Part shown: piece by piece, positions 9,667-19,828 of the stretch
How the letters are laid out: each line of letters opens with the position of its first letter
How positions within the stretch are numbered: position 1 is the first letter of the stretch
Source: an uncultured virus (IMG/VR IMGVR_UViG_3300015610_000939)
Taxonomy: Duplodnaviria; Heunggongvirae; Uroviricota; Caudoviricetes
Direction: 5' to 3' (one strand)
DNA: 54,552 nt
Virus record (IMG/VR): IMGVR_UViG_3300015610_000939
Program-made: the position numbers and the translations under genes
The notes under the pieces: model-generated
Seen by the model: the letters and a program-made list of their open reading frames with translations, nothing else
Database searches by the model: none
Told to the model about the DNA's origin: nothing

Positions 9667-10271
9667 ATGTTGCCCACGATGATCTTTGTGTGTGGGTGGC
9701 CAGCAATATTCCTTGTATACCACCCGCTTGCACCAAGGTTGTCACCTTCAGGATTCACGTCACCATTCCAGGTGATGTCCTTGCCTTTTAGGACTTGACG
9801 CACTTTTTCTTCATTATCCACGCTGGACAAGCCCAGCTTGGAGATGAGAACTTTTGCCAATGGGCCGGAAACTTCGGACCAGTTCCCAGGTGTGTTGTAG
9901 AACTTGCGCAAAAGATTCAGCAATTCCATTTTGGCCGCAGGAGTTCCATCTGTGGCAACAGCCCCACCCTTCAGTCCGCCAGTTTCAGGACTTGGCGAAG
10001 AAAGCCTTGCTACATCTGGCTCAGGGTCATCATCCACATCCACAAGGTTCCAAACCGAATACTCCTGGCTAACGTCGGAAGGTTTGCGGATCTTCAGGTG
10101 CCCTCCGATGTTAGCATAGCTCTTTTGGATCATATCGAACACATCAGGTTCAAGCTCATTTGCAAGAGCTGTCCCAGCATTAACATTCAATTCCCCGCCT
10201 TTTGGCACAGGCAATTTCGATTGAGTTGTTTCAATGAGAAAAGCTGCAAGCTCCGAAAATGATGGAATCAT
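9663..10271 (-). CDS. hypothetical protein, possible virion internal protein
   Basis: start re-called at MIPSFSELAAFLIE (10271), 5 nt after TAGTTA. Confidence 0.7.
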   Translation of the reverse strand: MIPSFSELAAFLIETTQSKLPVPKGGELNVNAGTALANELEPDVFDMIQKSYANIGGHLKIRKPSDVSQEYSVWNLVDVDDDPEPDVARLSSPSPETGGLKGGAVATDGTPAAKMELLNLLRKFYNTPGNWSEVSGPLAKVLISKLGLSSVDNEEKVRQVLKGKDITWNGDVNPEGDNLGASGWYTRNIAGHPHTKIIVGNI

Positions 10272-10276
10272 GGTCG

Positions 10277-10305
10277 TAACTATGCTGCGCGGTTTGCCAT
10301 ACTTA
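10277..10305. promoter_or_regulatory. divergent pair of TANTTA putative late promoters
   Basis: TAGTTA on - strand (10277-10282) and TACTTA on + strand (10300-10305), each 5 nt from an ATG. Confidence 0.6.
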
Positions 10306-10310
10306 GAACC

Positions 10311-11246
10311 ATGAAAAATAGCGTCGAGAGAAGAAGCCTGAAAGAGTTTATCAGGGCGGTGGCTGCTCGCGAGCTGACCGAAGCTGGCCCACCTCTTCTT
10401 CCCCCAAAGAAGCAACCGCTGCCTGCGGGGCACGAAGCTGACTTGCAAACTCCACTTGCTGGCAACTGGGAAACCAACAACCTTGAGCAAGACAGCGCCA
10501 CCGTTCTCAGGGCCTTTTCTGACAAGCTCAAGAAGAAGGGCATTGACGCCTCAAAGCTGAAGAAGCTCGGGGTTGGGACAATGGGAGTCGCCTATGACCT
10601 CGGGGACAAGGTTCTGAAGGTGACCAAGGATGTGCGCGAAGCTAAGGCTTCGGCAATTGTGGCAGGCAAGAACATTCCGAATATCGTGCAAGTTTACGAC
10701 ATTTGGAAGTTTCCAGGTGTGAACTGGTACGGACTGATCATCGAGAAGCTCACTCCACTCTCCAAGGAGGAAGAGCAACAGCTTACTCAATCCGTGGTCA
10801 ATACCAAGTTTCCTCTCTTGCTTCACCAAGCCGGAGACGATTGGAACAAGGCCATGCAAATGTTGGCCCAGCAAACAATCAGGAACCTCGCCACGGCGGC
10901 TTACACCCAATTCCCGGACGCTAATCCGGCACAAGGTGGACATGGCATGAACGATCCTCGTGTGGCTCAGTACGTTCGGGATGGTTCAACGAAGTCCATT
11001 CAGGACTTCGACAGGCTGACCAAGGGATACAACATGCGCCAGCTCTTCAAGAGCTTGAAGTCGCTCGGTATCCAGTACTACGACTTCCATGGTGGAAACT
11101 ATGGAAGAAGAGCTGACGGCACCTTGGTTCTCTTTGACCTGGGTAGGTCAATCTCCAAGGGAGCTGATCCAGCAGAACTCCAAGAGAAGTTCAAGCTTAT
11201 CGAGCAGCGTTTTGGGCCTGCTCGGGCGTTTCGTCATCTTTCATGA
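10311..11246 (+). CDS. protein kinase-like (Ser/Thr or APH-fold) protein
   Basis: LGVGTMGVAY glycine loop, VLKVT catalytic Lys, DFHGGNY catalytic loop, LFDLG Mg-binding motif. Confidence 0.8.
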   Translation: MKNSVERRSLKEFIRAVAARELTEAGPPLLPPKKQPLPAGHEADLQTPLAGNWETNNLEQDSATVLRAFSDKLKKKGIDASKLKKLGVGTMGVAYDLGDKVLKVTKDVREAKASAIVAGKNIPNIVQVYDIWKFPGVNWYGLIIEKLTPLSKEEEQQLTQSVVNTKFPLLLHQAGDDWNKAMQMLAQQTIRNLATAAYTQFPDANPAQGGHGMNDPRVAQYVRDGSTKSIQDFDRLTKGYNMRQLFKSLKSLGIQYYDFHGGNYGRRADGTLVLFDLGRSISKGADPAELQEKFKLIEQRFGPARAFRHLS

Positions 11247-11580
11247 CGTTCCCGTACACATCAAGCGGTTCACCCTTGTCATTGTACGCTGGGGCAAGAA
11301 TGTAGTCGAGGCATGAAAGAGTCGGGGCATTCTCCCCGTAAATGATGATGTAGTTGTCGGTCTCATAGAAGACCTGAAGCTGCTTCTCGTCGAACTCTTG
11401 GTTCGGTTCGAGGTAGCTCCTGTTGTCTTCGATGTACTTCTTCTTCTCTTCGAGCGTTGCTTTCCTGAAAGCAAGAGCTCTCTGAACGGTGTCGTCATCG
11501 GGCTCGTGGAGCCAAATGAACTCGTTGTTTCGTTGTGGAACATAACGGAGCTTTGCGATTTCTGCTGGTGTGATCTTCAT
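11197..11580 (-). CDS. hypothetical protein
   Basis: start MKITPAEIAK at 11580 after AAGGA. Confidence 0.6.
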   Translation of the reverse strand: MKITPAEIAKLRYVPQRNNEFIWLHEPDDDTVQRALAFRKATLEEKKKYIEDNRSYLEPNQEFDEKQLQVFYETDNYIIIYGENAPTLSCLDYILAPAYNDKGEPLDVYGNVMKDDETPEQAQNAAR

Positions 11581-11900
11581 GCTTCCTTGTCCAGTTTTGC
11601 GAACAAGGCTTCTACCCCAAAGGTGATTTGATCCTCGTAGATCACCTTCCAAATTCTCTGTCGGAACAAAGCGGGTAGAAGCCTGACGCCATTTTCTTTG
11701 AAGAATAGCGTCTTTTCTTCCGCAGTCAACCTCTGGACGAGAAAAACGTTGATCGTTCCAACTGTTCGCCAAAGATCAAGCTCAACCAACTCCCCAGGAG
11801 ACCAAGTGAGTTCCTTGCTCTTACGAACAGCAATTCGCCAGTCATAAGCATGGATGCCCTTGAAATGCAAAATTTGGTCACCTGTGAGGATTAACGGCAT
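11577..11900 (-). CDS. hypothetical protein
   Basis: 107 aa ORF filling the operon. Confidence 0.5.
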   Translation of the reverse strand: MPLILTGDQILHFKGIHAYDWRIAVRKSKELTWSPGELVELDLWRTVGTINVFLVQRLTAEEKTLFFKENGVRLLPALFRQRIWKVIYEDQITFGVEALFAKLDKEA

Positions 11901-12676
11901 ACCAACTCATCCCATCGGGCCTTGATCATCTGGGCAAACTTAGCATGGTCGATGCCATAGTTTCCGCAGGAGAAGCCTTCGTTTGTCTCGACAATGACGA
12001 GTTGCTTGGAATGCCCCGTGACCTTGCGAGCAACATCAAGGCAGAAACCTGCTGGTTGGTTCTTGTAAGCCTTCAACATCTCTCCGATCAAGGCGTGCTC
12101 GCGTGGGGTAAGCGAGGGGCTGGAATCTTCCACAGAACGAATGCCAACAGAACGAATGCCAACAATCTTCCCTTCCACAACGTAGCAGCGAAACTCCTCT
12201 GTGAGGTTCACAACCTCTTGACAAAGAAGTCGATAGTTCTTGGGAAGACCACTCAAAATGGAAGACCAGCCATCGTACACTGTGTGACCTGAGAAATCCT
12301 TTTGGAAGTCCAATGGTTTGACGAAAACCTTGGCTGCCGCCTTCTTTTGGACCTCTCCGACCGTGGAGTGCCAAATCTTCCTCCCAGCGAACTCCATGAG
12401 CTCGTTTGGGATGTCGACGTTCTTGGGTTCAGGAACTCCAAGGTATCGGAGAGCTGCTCGGACAGACTGTACAGAACCACGAACTGGGGTTTCTTTGGCT
12501 ACTCCGACCTTCTTGCACCAGTTCTTCTCCTGGGAGTTGTATCCCTTCACCTGAAAGCCAAGAGCCTTGAAACCTTTGGCTGCTGAGTCACAACTGTCGC
12601 TCCAGTAGGCAATGCCGGTACTGTAGAACCCGTTGGTACCACTCTTCTGGACGATTGCAATTGGTGATTTCCTCAT
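11891..12676 (-). CDS. ATP-grasp domain protein (DUF4343/R2K-like)
   Basis: VFVKP...K.FSG, QEVVN...EFRCYV..GKI, LDV, IVETN.GFS.G.YG motifs. Confidence 0.75.
   Translation of the reverse strand: MRKSPIAIVQKSGTNGFYSTGIAYWSDSCDSAAKGFKALGFQVKGYNSQEKNWCKKVGVAKETPVRGSVQSVRAALRYLGVPEPKNVDIPNELMEFAGRKIWHSTVGEVQKKAAAKVFVKPLDFQKDFSGHTVYDGWSSILSGLPKNYRLLCQEVVNLTEEFRCYVVEGKIVGIRSVGIRSVEDSSPSLTPREHALIGEMLKAYKNQPAGFCLDVARKVTGHSKQLVIVETNEGFSCGNYGIDHAKFAQMIKARWDELVCR
12132..12164. repeat. 15-bp tandem duplication inside the ATP-grasp gene
   Basis: ACAGAACGAATGCCA twice, giving VGIRSVGIRS. Confidence 0.85.
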
Positions 12677-12770
12677 AATCGCACAATACGCGCTGACTTG
12701 TAGTTAGTCAATAGCACTTACGGCAAAAAAGCTACTTACTGTAGTAGCTGAGCCAACGGAACGGATTACA

Positions 12771-13244
12771 ATGTCGACGAACTTTCCCAACTCCTTGGAT
12801 AACTTCCCAAATCCGTCATCCACGACAAACCTTGATTCGTCGGGTTCCGGCAATTCTAGTCTTCGCCACTCTACACAGCACCAAAATGCAAATGATGCCA
12901 TTGAGGCGCTTGAAGCAAAGTTGGGGATAAACTTCTCCTCGTCCACGATTTCCATCGACTTTATCGTGAATTTGCTTCTAATGACAACAGGTGAGCACAA
13001 TCAGGGTGTTGTACGTGTGATCACAGGAGGTCCTTTCCCAACAGCAATTACTTGGTTTAAGGACCTTTCGAAAACGATAAAGCTCGTAGAGAAGGAGTAC
13101 AGTTACGATTTGCGCCATAACATCAACCAAGTGACTGTGCGCCTTTACGACGGGACTGTTGCAAACACAGTGAAAAGGACAATCGTAGATACGAAAACTT
13201 TGAGTGGTCCTTTTGAGATCGAAAGGGTGCGAACAGTCTCCTGA
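12771..13244 (+). CDS. putative virion structural protein
   Basis: TNFPNSLD...H...H.NANDAIEALEAKLG N-terminus resembles tail-fibre/baseplate-associated domains. Confidence 0.6.
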   Translation: MSTNFPNSLDNFPNPSSTTNLDSSGSGNSSLRHSTQHQNANDAIEALEAKLGINFSSSTISIDFIVNLLLMTTGEHNQGVVRVITGGPFPTAITWFKDLSKTIKLVEKEYSYDLRHNINQVTVRLYDGTVANTVKRTIVDTKTLSGPFEIERVRTVS

Positions 13245-13287
13245 GAATTAACTGCATTTTGCATAATTACCAAACAGGAGTTTCGCA

Positions 13288-14100
13288 ATGCCTTTCGAAT
13301 CACCAGCCTCAATTCTTTATGATGTAAATGGCAACCCAATGGCTGTGACCGGAGGTATTGCTATCCCCGTAAGCACGTCGGCAATGATCATTGCCGGTAT
13401 GACAACCACCGGTACAGCTTCGTATTTCAGGACCGAAGCAGATGGAACACTTGTCATTACAGGTTCTATCAGTTCGGTCGCTGCCGGAACGCAAACAGTT
13501 ACCGGAACAGTAGCCCTCCAGGGAGTCACAAATGTTTCTGGAGCACTTCCGGTCTTCATCTCTGCTTCTAACCTTTTGACTGTCACCGGCAGCGTCACGG
13601 TCGGAAACCAGCCAACAGTCAACCAGGGAAACTCCGGTTCTTTTGCGCAAGCCTGGAGAGTACAGCTTACTGATGGAACACAAGCTATTGGCAATAACCA
13701 ATCCGTGCCCGTTTGGGTTTCGGGTACGGTTGCGCCAGTTGGCACCCAAACGGTTACTGGTTCGGTGTCCGTTCTCAACAGCCTAACGGGCTCGATGACG
13801 GTTTCAAACACAGTAAACGTTCGTTCCGCTGGGAATGCAACTTCTGCTGTAACCTCCGTGCCGTCTTCTGCAACCTCGGTGACTATCCTTGCTTCAAACT
13901 CCAACCGTAAGGGAGCTACTGTTTACAACAACTCAACTCGAAGACTCTATATCAAGCTTGGAGCTACCGCTTCGACTACAAGCTTCTCTGTCCTTCTTTT
14001 TGCTAACTCCTACTGGGAAGTTCCGGCTTTCTACACTGGAGTGATTGATGGAATCTGGGACTCCGTAAACGGAGCTGCATTGGTCACCGAAGTAACCTGA
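13288..14100 (+). CDS. putative virion structural/fibre protein
   Basis: Thr/Gly/Ser/Val-rich with TVTGSV repeats; C-terminal beta domain (NSNRKGATVYN). Confidence 0.65.
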   Translation: MPFESPASILYDVNGNPMAVTGGIAIPVSTSAMIIAGMTTTGTASYFRTEADGTLVITGSISSVAAGTQTVTGTVALQGVTNVSGALPVFISASNLLTVTGSVTVGNQPTVNQGNSGSFAQAWRVQLTDGTQAIGNNQSVPVWVSGTVAPVGTQTVTGSVSVLNSLTGSMTVSNTVNVRSAGNATSAVTSVPSSATSVTILASNSNRKGATVYNNSTRRLYIKLGATASTTSFSVLLFANSYWEVPAFYTGVIDGIWDSVNGAALVTEVT

Positions 14101-14163
14101 TTGAGCTCGGACCATTAAAGTGAATATGGCTACTTACCAAGTAGCACAACTCTTTGAGGTCCA

Positions 14164-15600
14164 ATGCCACTTTCACAAAATGATGATTCTATTTCGCTGG
14201 TTGATCTAAACAATCCAACTCAGCAAATCGCATTTGCGAGCGGTAGCGCTACAACAACAGGGAGTCTCGGCTTCATTGCTCTTGGAGTGACACCGGCCGG
14301 TACTTCTTCTTTCCTGCAATTGGATGCAGGCGGAGTGATGAGAACCACTGGTTCGGTAGGTATTTCTGGAATTCCTACCGTCACAGGCTCGATTTCAGTT
14401 TTCAACACGGTTACGACCCTTGGTTTTTCCGAAGGTGTTACCGGCTCGGCCCCTCCATCACGATTTACATTTGTTGGCGGATTTGATTCTAGTGCTGGCT
14501 TTGGAAGGGCATTTTCTGTTGATCCCAGTGGGAGGCTCCTTGTTCAACTGTTCAACTCCGCATCTGTAACTGGTTCTGTTGGCATTTCAGGCACCCCAAC
14601 AATTACTGGCTCGGTAACAGTTCCAAATACAGTAACAATTACTGGCTCCGTTGGACTTTCACAAATTGCAACCGTTACTGGAAGCATCACAATTGGGAGT
14701 CCGGTTGTAAGTTCAATCAATGCGGTGAGGGTTTACGATCCTCGCCCCGACTCCACATCCACGGCAGCCCTTGGCGCACTCAATGCTGCTGTAACCCTGG
14801 ATATGTCGGGTTCGGTTGGTTGCGGTTTCCAACTGGCAACTGGAACTCTGGTTGGAACTCTAACTCCAGAAATGTCTTTTGATGGCGGCACAACTTGGGT
14901 TGCAACTGGGTTCTACGACGTTGACACAAAAGGTATTGCGGAAACAATCACTGTTTCAAGCAATGCTCAAACGAAAAGCATTCTGTTGCCTGCTGGAGCA
15001 GGTTTGGCAAGAGTGAGGGTGTCCGCCTTCACAAGCGGAACATCAACGGGCACCTTGAGGGGGAGTCAGACAATTCCTCCAGTCATCTACAATTCACCAA
15101 TTGATGGAAGAAGAGCAACTTATTCGGCCGCCACAGCAGCATTCGCAAGCGCCGCAACTGCAACTGATATTTTCATCGTACAAGGCTCGGCAACAAAAAC
15201 GATTAGGATCATTGCTGTCAAGGTATTTGCAACGCAAACCACTGCTGGCGCAGGCAACATCTTTTTGCTGAAAAGAAGCACGGCTAATACCGCTGGTACT
15301 GCTGTTGCAACAACTAGGGTTCCATTGGATTCTCAATATCCGGCAGCAACCGCAACTGTTCAGCATTACACCGCCAACCCAACTGTCGGAACGCTTGTTG
15401 GAAACATTGACGCCTACAGAGGAATCATTCCGGCCAGCGCAACACTGATCAATAATCCGATCATTAACCGAACCTATGGAGATCGACCGGGGTCAGCCAT
15501 TGTGTTGCGTGGTACGAACGAGCTTTTCGCTGTGAATTTGAACGGCGTGACGGTCAATGGTGGTAGCTTTATCGTTCAAGTTGAATGGACAGAGGAGTAG
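14164..15600 (+). CDS. putative tail-fibre-like structural protein
   Basis: 478 aa, repeated (T/S)VTGSVGISG units, Thr/Ala/Gly-rich. Confidence 0.65.
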   Translation: MPLSQNDDSISLVDLNNPTQQIAFASGSATTTGSLGFIALGVTPAGTSSFLQLDAGGVMRTTGSVGISGIPTVTGSISVFNTVTTLGFSEGVTGSAPPSRFTFVGGFDSSAGFGRAFSVDPSGRLLVQLFNSASVTGSVGISGTPTITGSVTVPNTVTITGSVGLSQIATVTGSITIGSPVVSSINAVRVYDPRPDSTSTAALGALNAAVTLDMSGSVGCGFQLATGTLVGTLTPEMSFDGGTTWVATGFYDVDTKGIAETITVSSNAQTKSILLPAGAGLARVRVSAFTSGTSTGTLRGSQTIPPVIYNSPIDGRRATYSAATAAFASAATATDIFIVQGSATKTIRIIAVKVFATQTTAGAGNIFLLKRSTANTAGTAVATTRVPLDSQYPAATATVQHYTANPTVGTLVGNIDAYRGIIPASATLINNPIINRTYGDRPGSAIVLRGTNELFAVNLNGVTVNGGSFIVQVEWTEE

Positions 15601-15606
15601 TAGGCA

Positions 15607-16872
15607 ATGCCTGTAGTAATTGCACCACAATACACTCAACGAATCCTTGATTGGACTGAGTGGAAAGCAGACCAAGTAAAGAGAGATGGCATCCATCAAG
15701 TAGTTGATGACTCGGATATGTATACCATTTGGTTTTACGATCCGCCAGATGCCTTTGTAACCTTTATTCACAAGGGTGCTATTCCAGACACCGATCTTGC
15801 CATTGGGAAAACTCAAGAGGACAATGATGCTGCCAAGGCTGAATTTGAAGCGGATTTCCTTCCAACAGCAAATGAATCTTTGAACAAGAAAGCAACATCA
15901 AATCGCGTCGCTGGTGTTGCAGCAGCCAAAGGGTTGGGGGGTTATCTCCCAAACCCTTCGAACACTCCTTACCAGCCTGCATCCGAAGAGCTAGTTTCCC
16001 TCTATGTTGACGGGGAGGGTTCTCTTGTTTCAAGGGGCTCTGTTCTTACGGACGAAGGGTCGTTTAGAAACGATTTTGCTGGGGATACTCTTGCTGTACC
16101 TTTGACAGGCACAGCAACATTTACCTTTGGTAGTCCATATGTTGTTGGAAGTGGGTCGCTCTTCACCAGTGAGGTTCAAAGAACCGCTTATGTAAAGCCC
16201 GTCGATGGAGATGATACGACCTGGGGAAAGGTAGCTAGAATTGTTAGCGACACCAGACTTCAATTGGTTGAGGCTTTCCAAGGAACTACGGTCTCGGGCT
16301 CTATCGTTCAAGCAGAAGCAATCCCTTTCTTTTGGGGCGATACAACAGGCCAAATCTCTGTTTCTGGCTCGAAAGCCCATATTAACTCTGGCGTTTCTGG
16401 CTCTTCCGGTATTGGATTTTACAGGGAGGGAGATTATGGTCCAATGAAGGTTACAGGATGGCTTTCATTGGACAACAGGAGGGCGGAGCAAAGATTTTGG
16501 TTTGGATTCCAGGACGAACCAATTCCTTCGTCAGCTTCTTACGGGGTAATTTGTGAGTTTTCTGGTTCGAGTGCTGCGAGCGGAGCATTCGTCACTTTCT
16601 TCCATGGGGAAACTGAGCGAACTGAATTCGCTATCCCAAGTGGTTCCTCTTTGGATCAAGCAAAATACACGATCTATGTGACGCCAGAAAGCTGTTATTT
16701 GGACATAGGAGCACAACGAATGGCAAATCACGAGTTGCACATTCCTGGCCCTTACGACGAAATGAACTTGTGTGCGGGTTTTGAGGTGAATAGTGACAGC
16801 GCTGAATCTACTGCAAGTATCGACTGCGTTCTCTTTCAAAACTTCAATCTTCTTGCCACCAAGTTGTACTAG
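15607..16872 (+). CDS. putative virion structural protein
   Basis: 421 aa in the structural cluster; TGTATFT.GS..V.GSGS.FTSEV segment. Confidence 0.6.
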   Translation: MPVVIAPQYTQRILDWTEWKADQVKRDGIHQVVDDSDMYTIWFYDPPDAFVTFIHKGAIPDTDLAIGKTQEDNDAAKAEFEADFLPTANESLNKKATSNRVAGVAAAKGLGGYLPNPSNTPYQPASEELVSLYVDGEGSLVSRGSVLTDEGSFRNDFAGDTLAVPLTGTATFTFGSPYVVGSGSLFTSEVQRTAYVKPVDGDDTTWGKVARIVSDTRLQLVEAFQGTTVSGSIVQAEAIPFFWGDTTGQISVSGSKAHINSGVSGSSGIGFYREGDYGPMKVTGWLSLDNRRAEQRFWFGFQDEPIPSSASYGVICEFSGSSAASGAFVTFFHGETERTEFAIPSGSSLDQAKYTIYVTPESCYLDIGAQRMANHELHIPGPYDEMNLCAGFEVNSDSAESTASIDCVLFQNFNLLATKLY

Positions 16873-16880
16873 TTATTAGT

Positions 16881-17327
16881 ATGCCAACGATCACTTACGA
16901 CGAATTTGGAGCATCTTATGATGATACTCTATACAGTTTTGATGGCGCTCCAGCTATTCAGCCTTCGCCGGAAGTAGAACGTCGTCCAAGGTATTGGATT
17001 GGAAGGGGTTCTAAAGAACGCCCGAAAATTCCCGATTACATTTCTGTAACGATCCGTTCCGGCATTGTCTCTCTGAACGGTGATTTAAGCAAGAACGAAG
17101 AAGAACTGACAAAATTCAATGGGGAAACGCCCGAACCAACGGTATACTCCAGGCCAACCAAGATTCAATCCAAAGAGCTTTCCCTTGAGGTTGAAGGAAC
17201 GCTCCTCACGGAGGAGCATTTCGAGGTAAGCTGCACACCATGGATTCAATCTAACGAAGAAAGCCTAATTACCGCTAGACTGGTGCTCGAAGATGACCGT
17301 TTCCAACAATACCAAGTTGAAGGCTAA
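16881..17327 (+). CDS. hypothetical protein
   Basis: 148 aa; TAGTTA 5 nt upstream. Confidence 0.6.
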   Translation: MPTITYDEFGASYDDTLYSFDGAPAIQPSPEVERRPRYWIGRGSKERPKIPDYISVTIRSGIVSLNGDLSKNEEELTKFNGETPEPTVYSRPTKIQSKELSLEVEGTLLTEEHFEVSCTPWIQSNEESLITARLVLEDDRFQQYQVEG

Positions 17328-17877
17328 ACTGGGGAAAGCAAATGAATTGGAGTTCCTTCTGTCGATCAAAGGAACTTCTTCTGATCCAATGGCAATCCAA
17401 CCAGAGGTTAGATTTCATCTGAAAGAACAAAATGGTGGTTTTGGCCTAATTTTCCCAATGGAGCGTGTTGGCGGGGAGAAGGTGAAGGTTTCCATTCCCG
17501 GTGATTTGCCATATTTCAACGAGGGCAGAGTTTACACTGGAATTGTTGAGGTGAACCTTGGAAATAGGATGTTCATGCCAACAACCGTGGATATCATCTT
17601 CGAAAAAGAGCTTGAGGTCGTCGCCCTTCCAATCCTTGTGAAAGAGGAGGAAGAACCTCAAGAGGAAGAGAAAGTCGAGCTCGAAGAGCTTTTTGCTCAT
17701 GGAGAGAAGCCAAGAGCATTGAGCTTGCTGGATGTTGCTTTTCCTGAGCAGAAGAAGAAAAGCGCAAGCAAGGCTCCCCCACCTCCTGCTCCTCCTGTTA
17801 AGAAACCTGTGCTGACAAAAGAACAGCAAATGAGGGAAAAAATCAAGGCCAAGTTCAAGTCGATGTTGATTGACTAA
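17293..17877 (+). CDS. hypothetical protein
   Basis: 194 aa ORF. Confidence 0.65.
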   Translation: MTVSNNTKLKAKLGKANELEFLLSIKGTSSDPMAIQPEVRFHLKEQNGGFGLIFPMERVGGEKVKVSIPGDLPYFNEGRVYTGIVEVNLGNRMFMPTTVDIIFEKELEVVALPILVKEEEEPQEEEKVELEELFAHGEKPRALSLLDVAFPEQKKKSASKAPPPPAPPVKKPVLTKEQQMREKIKAKFKSMLID

Positions 17878-18077
17878 TCAACACACCCGTAAGGACCTGC
17901 AATCTCAATGCGAAACTCTTCTTTGAGTCTTTGAGCCAATTCTTTTGATAGCTGGACGTGTGGCTCCTTGTTGGAGAAGCCAATCAAGGCTCCCTCGATG
18001 CCAAGCTGTGCAGAAATCTTTGCCCACTGCTCAGGGTGCATGCCAACAAGAACGTAAACGTACCTACCGTGCGACAT
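17874..18077 (-). CDS. hypothetical protein
   Basis: 67 aa ORF. Confidence 0.5.
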   Translation of the reverse strand: MSHGRYVYVLVGMHPEQWAKISAQLGIEGALIGFSNKEPHVQLSKELAQRLKEEFRIEIAGPYGCVD

Positions 18078-18082
18078 TGCCT

Positions 18083-18373
18083 TTAAGTAGGCGTCCAGCT
18101 ACCATTCTCGCGCTTGTTCACCCAGTACAGGGTGATAGCGTCGAGAATGAGAAACCCGAGAACAACTGCAACAGCAGGATACATGTCAGCTCTTTCTGTG
18201 GGCGATGGAGTGTTGTGAATCAACCAACCACCAATCAACAGCCAGAATGAACTGGCCCCCAAGGCTTTGAGCGCCTCGGAGAAAGTAGACGTTTTCGCCA
18301 TGTATGGCACCGCAGCAATGAAGGGAGCCAAAACGGCAATCGAAATGAACCAAAGCAACATGTGTTTCTGCAC
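18083..18373 (-). CDS. small 3-TM membrane protein
   Basis: three hydrophobic segments; directly downstream of rtcB. Confidence 0.55.
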   Translation of the reverse strand: MQKHMLLWFISIAVLAPFIAAVPYMAKTSTFSEALKALGASSFWLLIGGWLIHNTPSPTERADMYPAVAVVLGFLILDAITLYWVNKRENGSWTPT

Positions 18374-18388
18374 CTTTTTTGGAGAAAA

Positions 18389-19627
18389 TCAACCCTTGAC
18401 GCACAAGACCTGCTTGAGTGTGTGCACAACCTCGACAAGGTCTGCCTGAGCTGCCATGACAGCGTCGATGTCCTTGTAGCATGCAGGAGTTTCGTCGATC
18501 ACGTCCTCATCCTTCCGACATTCGATGCCGCTGGTTGCCAGCTTGTGGTCTTCCAGGGAGAAGGTCTTCTTGGCTTCCGTACGGGACATGACTCGGCCAG
18601 CTCCATGGGAGCAAGAATCGAAGGACTCTGGATTCCCAAGCCCACGAACGATGTAGGAGCGAGCTCCCATCGAACCTGGGATGATGCCAAGCATTCCCTT
18701 GGAAGCCCGGACGGCACCCTTGCGGGTCACCAGGACACTCTCACCGAAGTGAGTCTCCCTGGAGACGTAGTTGTGGTGGCAGTTGACGGCTTCCATTTCT
18801 GCACTGAAAGGAGGGATTCCCTTGGTTTCACGGATTGCCTTGAGAACCCGGCCCATCATGAGCATGCGGTTCGTTCGAGCATACTCCTGTGCCCACTCTA
18901 CAGCGTGGCAGTAGTCATCGAAGAGAGTGGTTCCCTCAGAGAGGTAAGCCAAGTCCTGGTCAAGGAGATTGATGTGGAACTTCTTCATCTCCTCCTTTGC
19001 CTGGGAAATGAAGTAGGAACCGATGGAGTTCCCGACACCACGGGAACCAGAGTGCAGCATGACCCACACGTTCTGGTTCTCATCAAGGCAGACCTCGATG
19101 AAGTGGTTTCCTGTCCCGAGCGAGCAAAGCTGCTTGAGGCCACGAAGATCGTTCTGACGGAACACCTTTGGGTGCTTGTCAACGATCTGCTTCAACCCAG
19201 GTTGCATCTTCAACCAAGCAGCTTCCACCTCTTCAGGAGCCTGTCCCCAAGCTCCACGATCGTTCGCACCGCCATTGTCGGTACGACCATGAGGAACATT
19301 CTCCTCAATAAGCGAACGCATCTCAGCGAGGCTCACAGGAAGGTCCGAAGCCTTGAGGCTCGTGCGAATGCTAATAACACCGCAACCTAAATCGACACCA
19401 ACGCAAGCTGGGATCACAGCACCCTTCGTTGGGATCACAGACCCCACAGTAGAGCCCTTTCCTGCATGAACATCTGGCATGATTGCGATGTGCTTGTGGA
19501 TAAACGGGAGGGAGGCCATCTTGCTGACTTGCTGGCGTGCCTCATCCTCGAACTTGACACCCTTGACCCAAGCCTTCGCTCCGACCTTACCACCCGTCTC
19601 GATCCACTCGTACTTCTGTTCCGTCAT
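18389..19627 (-). CDS. rtcB: RtcB 3'-phosphate/5'-OH RNA ligase
   Basis: MPDVHAGKG, GVDLGCG, LGTGNHFIE, HSGSRG, CHHNY, TRKGA, IPGSMG, SHGAGR, DETPACYK motifs all present. Confidence 0.97.
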   Translation of the reverse strand: MTEQKYEWIETGGKVGAKAWVKGVKFEDEARQQVSKMASLPFIHKHIAIMPDVHAGKGSTVGSVIPTKGAVIPACVGVDLGCGVISIRTSLKASDLPVSLAEMRSLIEENVPHGRTDNGGANDRGAWGQAPEEVEAAWLKMQPGLKQIVDKHPKVFRQNDLRGLKQLCSLGTGNHFIEVCLDENQNVWVMLHSGSRGVGNSIGSYFISQAKEEMKKFHINLLDQDLAYLSEGTTLFDDYCHAVEWAQEYARTNRMLMMGRVLKAIRETKGIPPFSAEMEAVNCHHNYVSRETHFGESVLVTRKGAVRASKGMLGIIPGSMGARSYIVRGLGNPESFDSCSHGAGRVMSRTEAKKTFSLEDHKLATSGIECRKDEDVIDETPACYKDIDAVMAAQADLVEVVHTLKQVLCVKG

Positions 19628-19828
19628 GATTTCCTCTTTGGAGATTGAAATGCGTAACTAGTCTATGCCCTCTGCCCATTCCTGTCAATCGTCTTCTTCC
19701 AAGCGACCTTGAAGTTCGCCACGTCCATTCTCGGTGTGTAGCTTCCATCGTAGTCAAACTCGTCAATGTCCGTGCGAACCTTAACCCACACAAGCTGTCC
19801 GGGGGGATATCTACCTGTAGGAGCCATT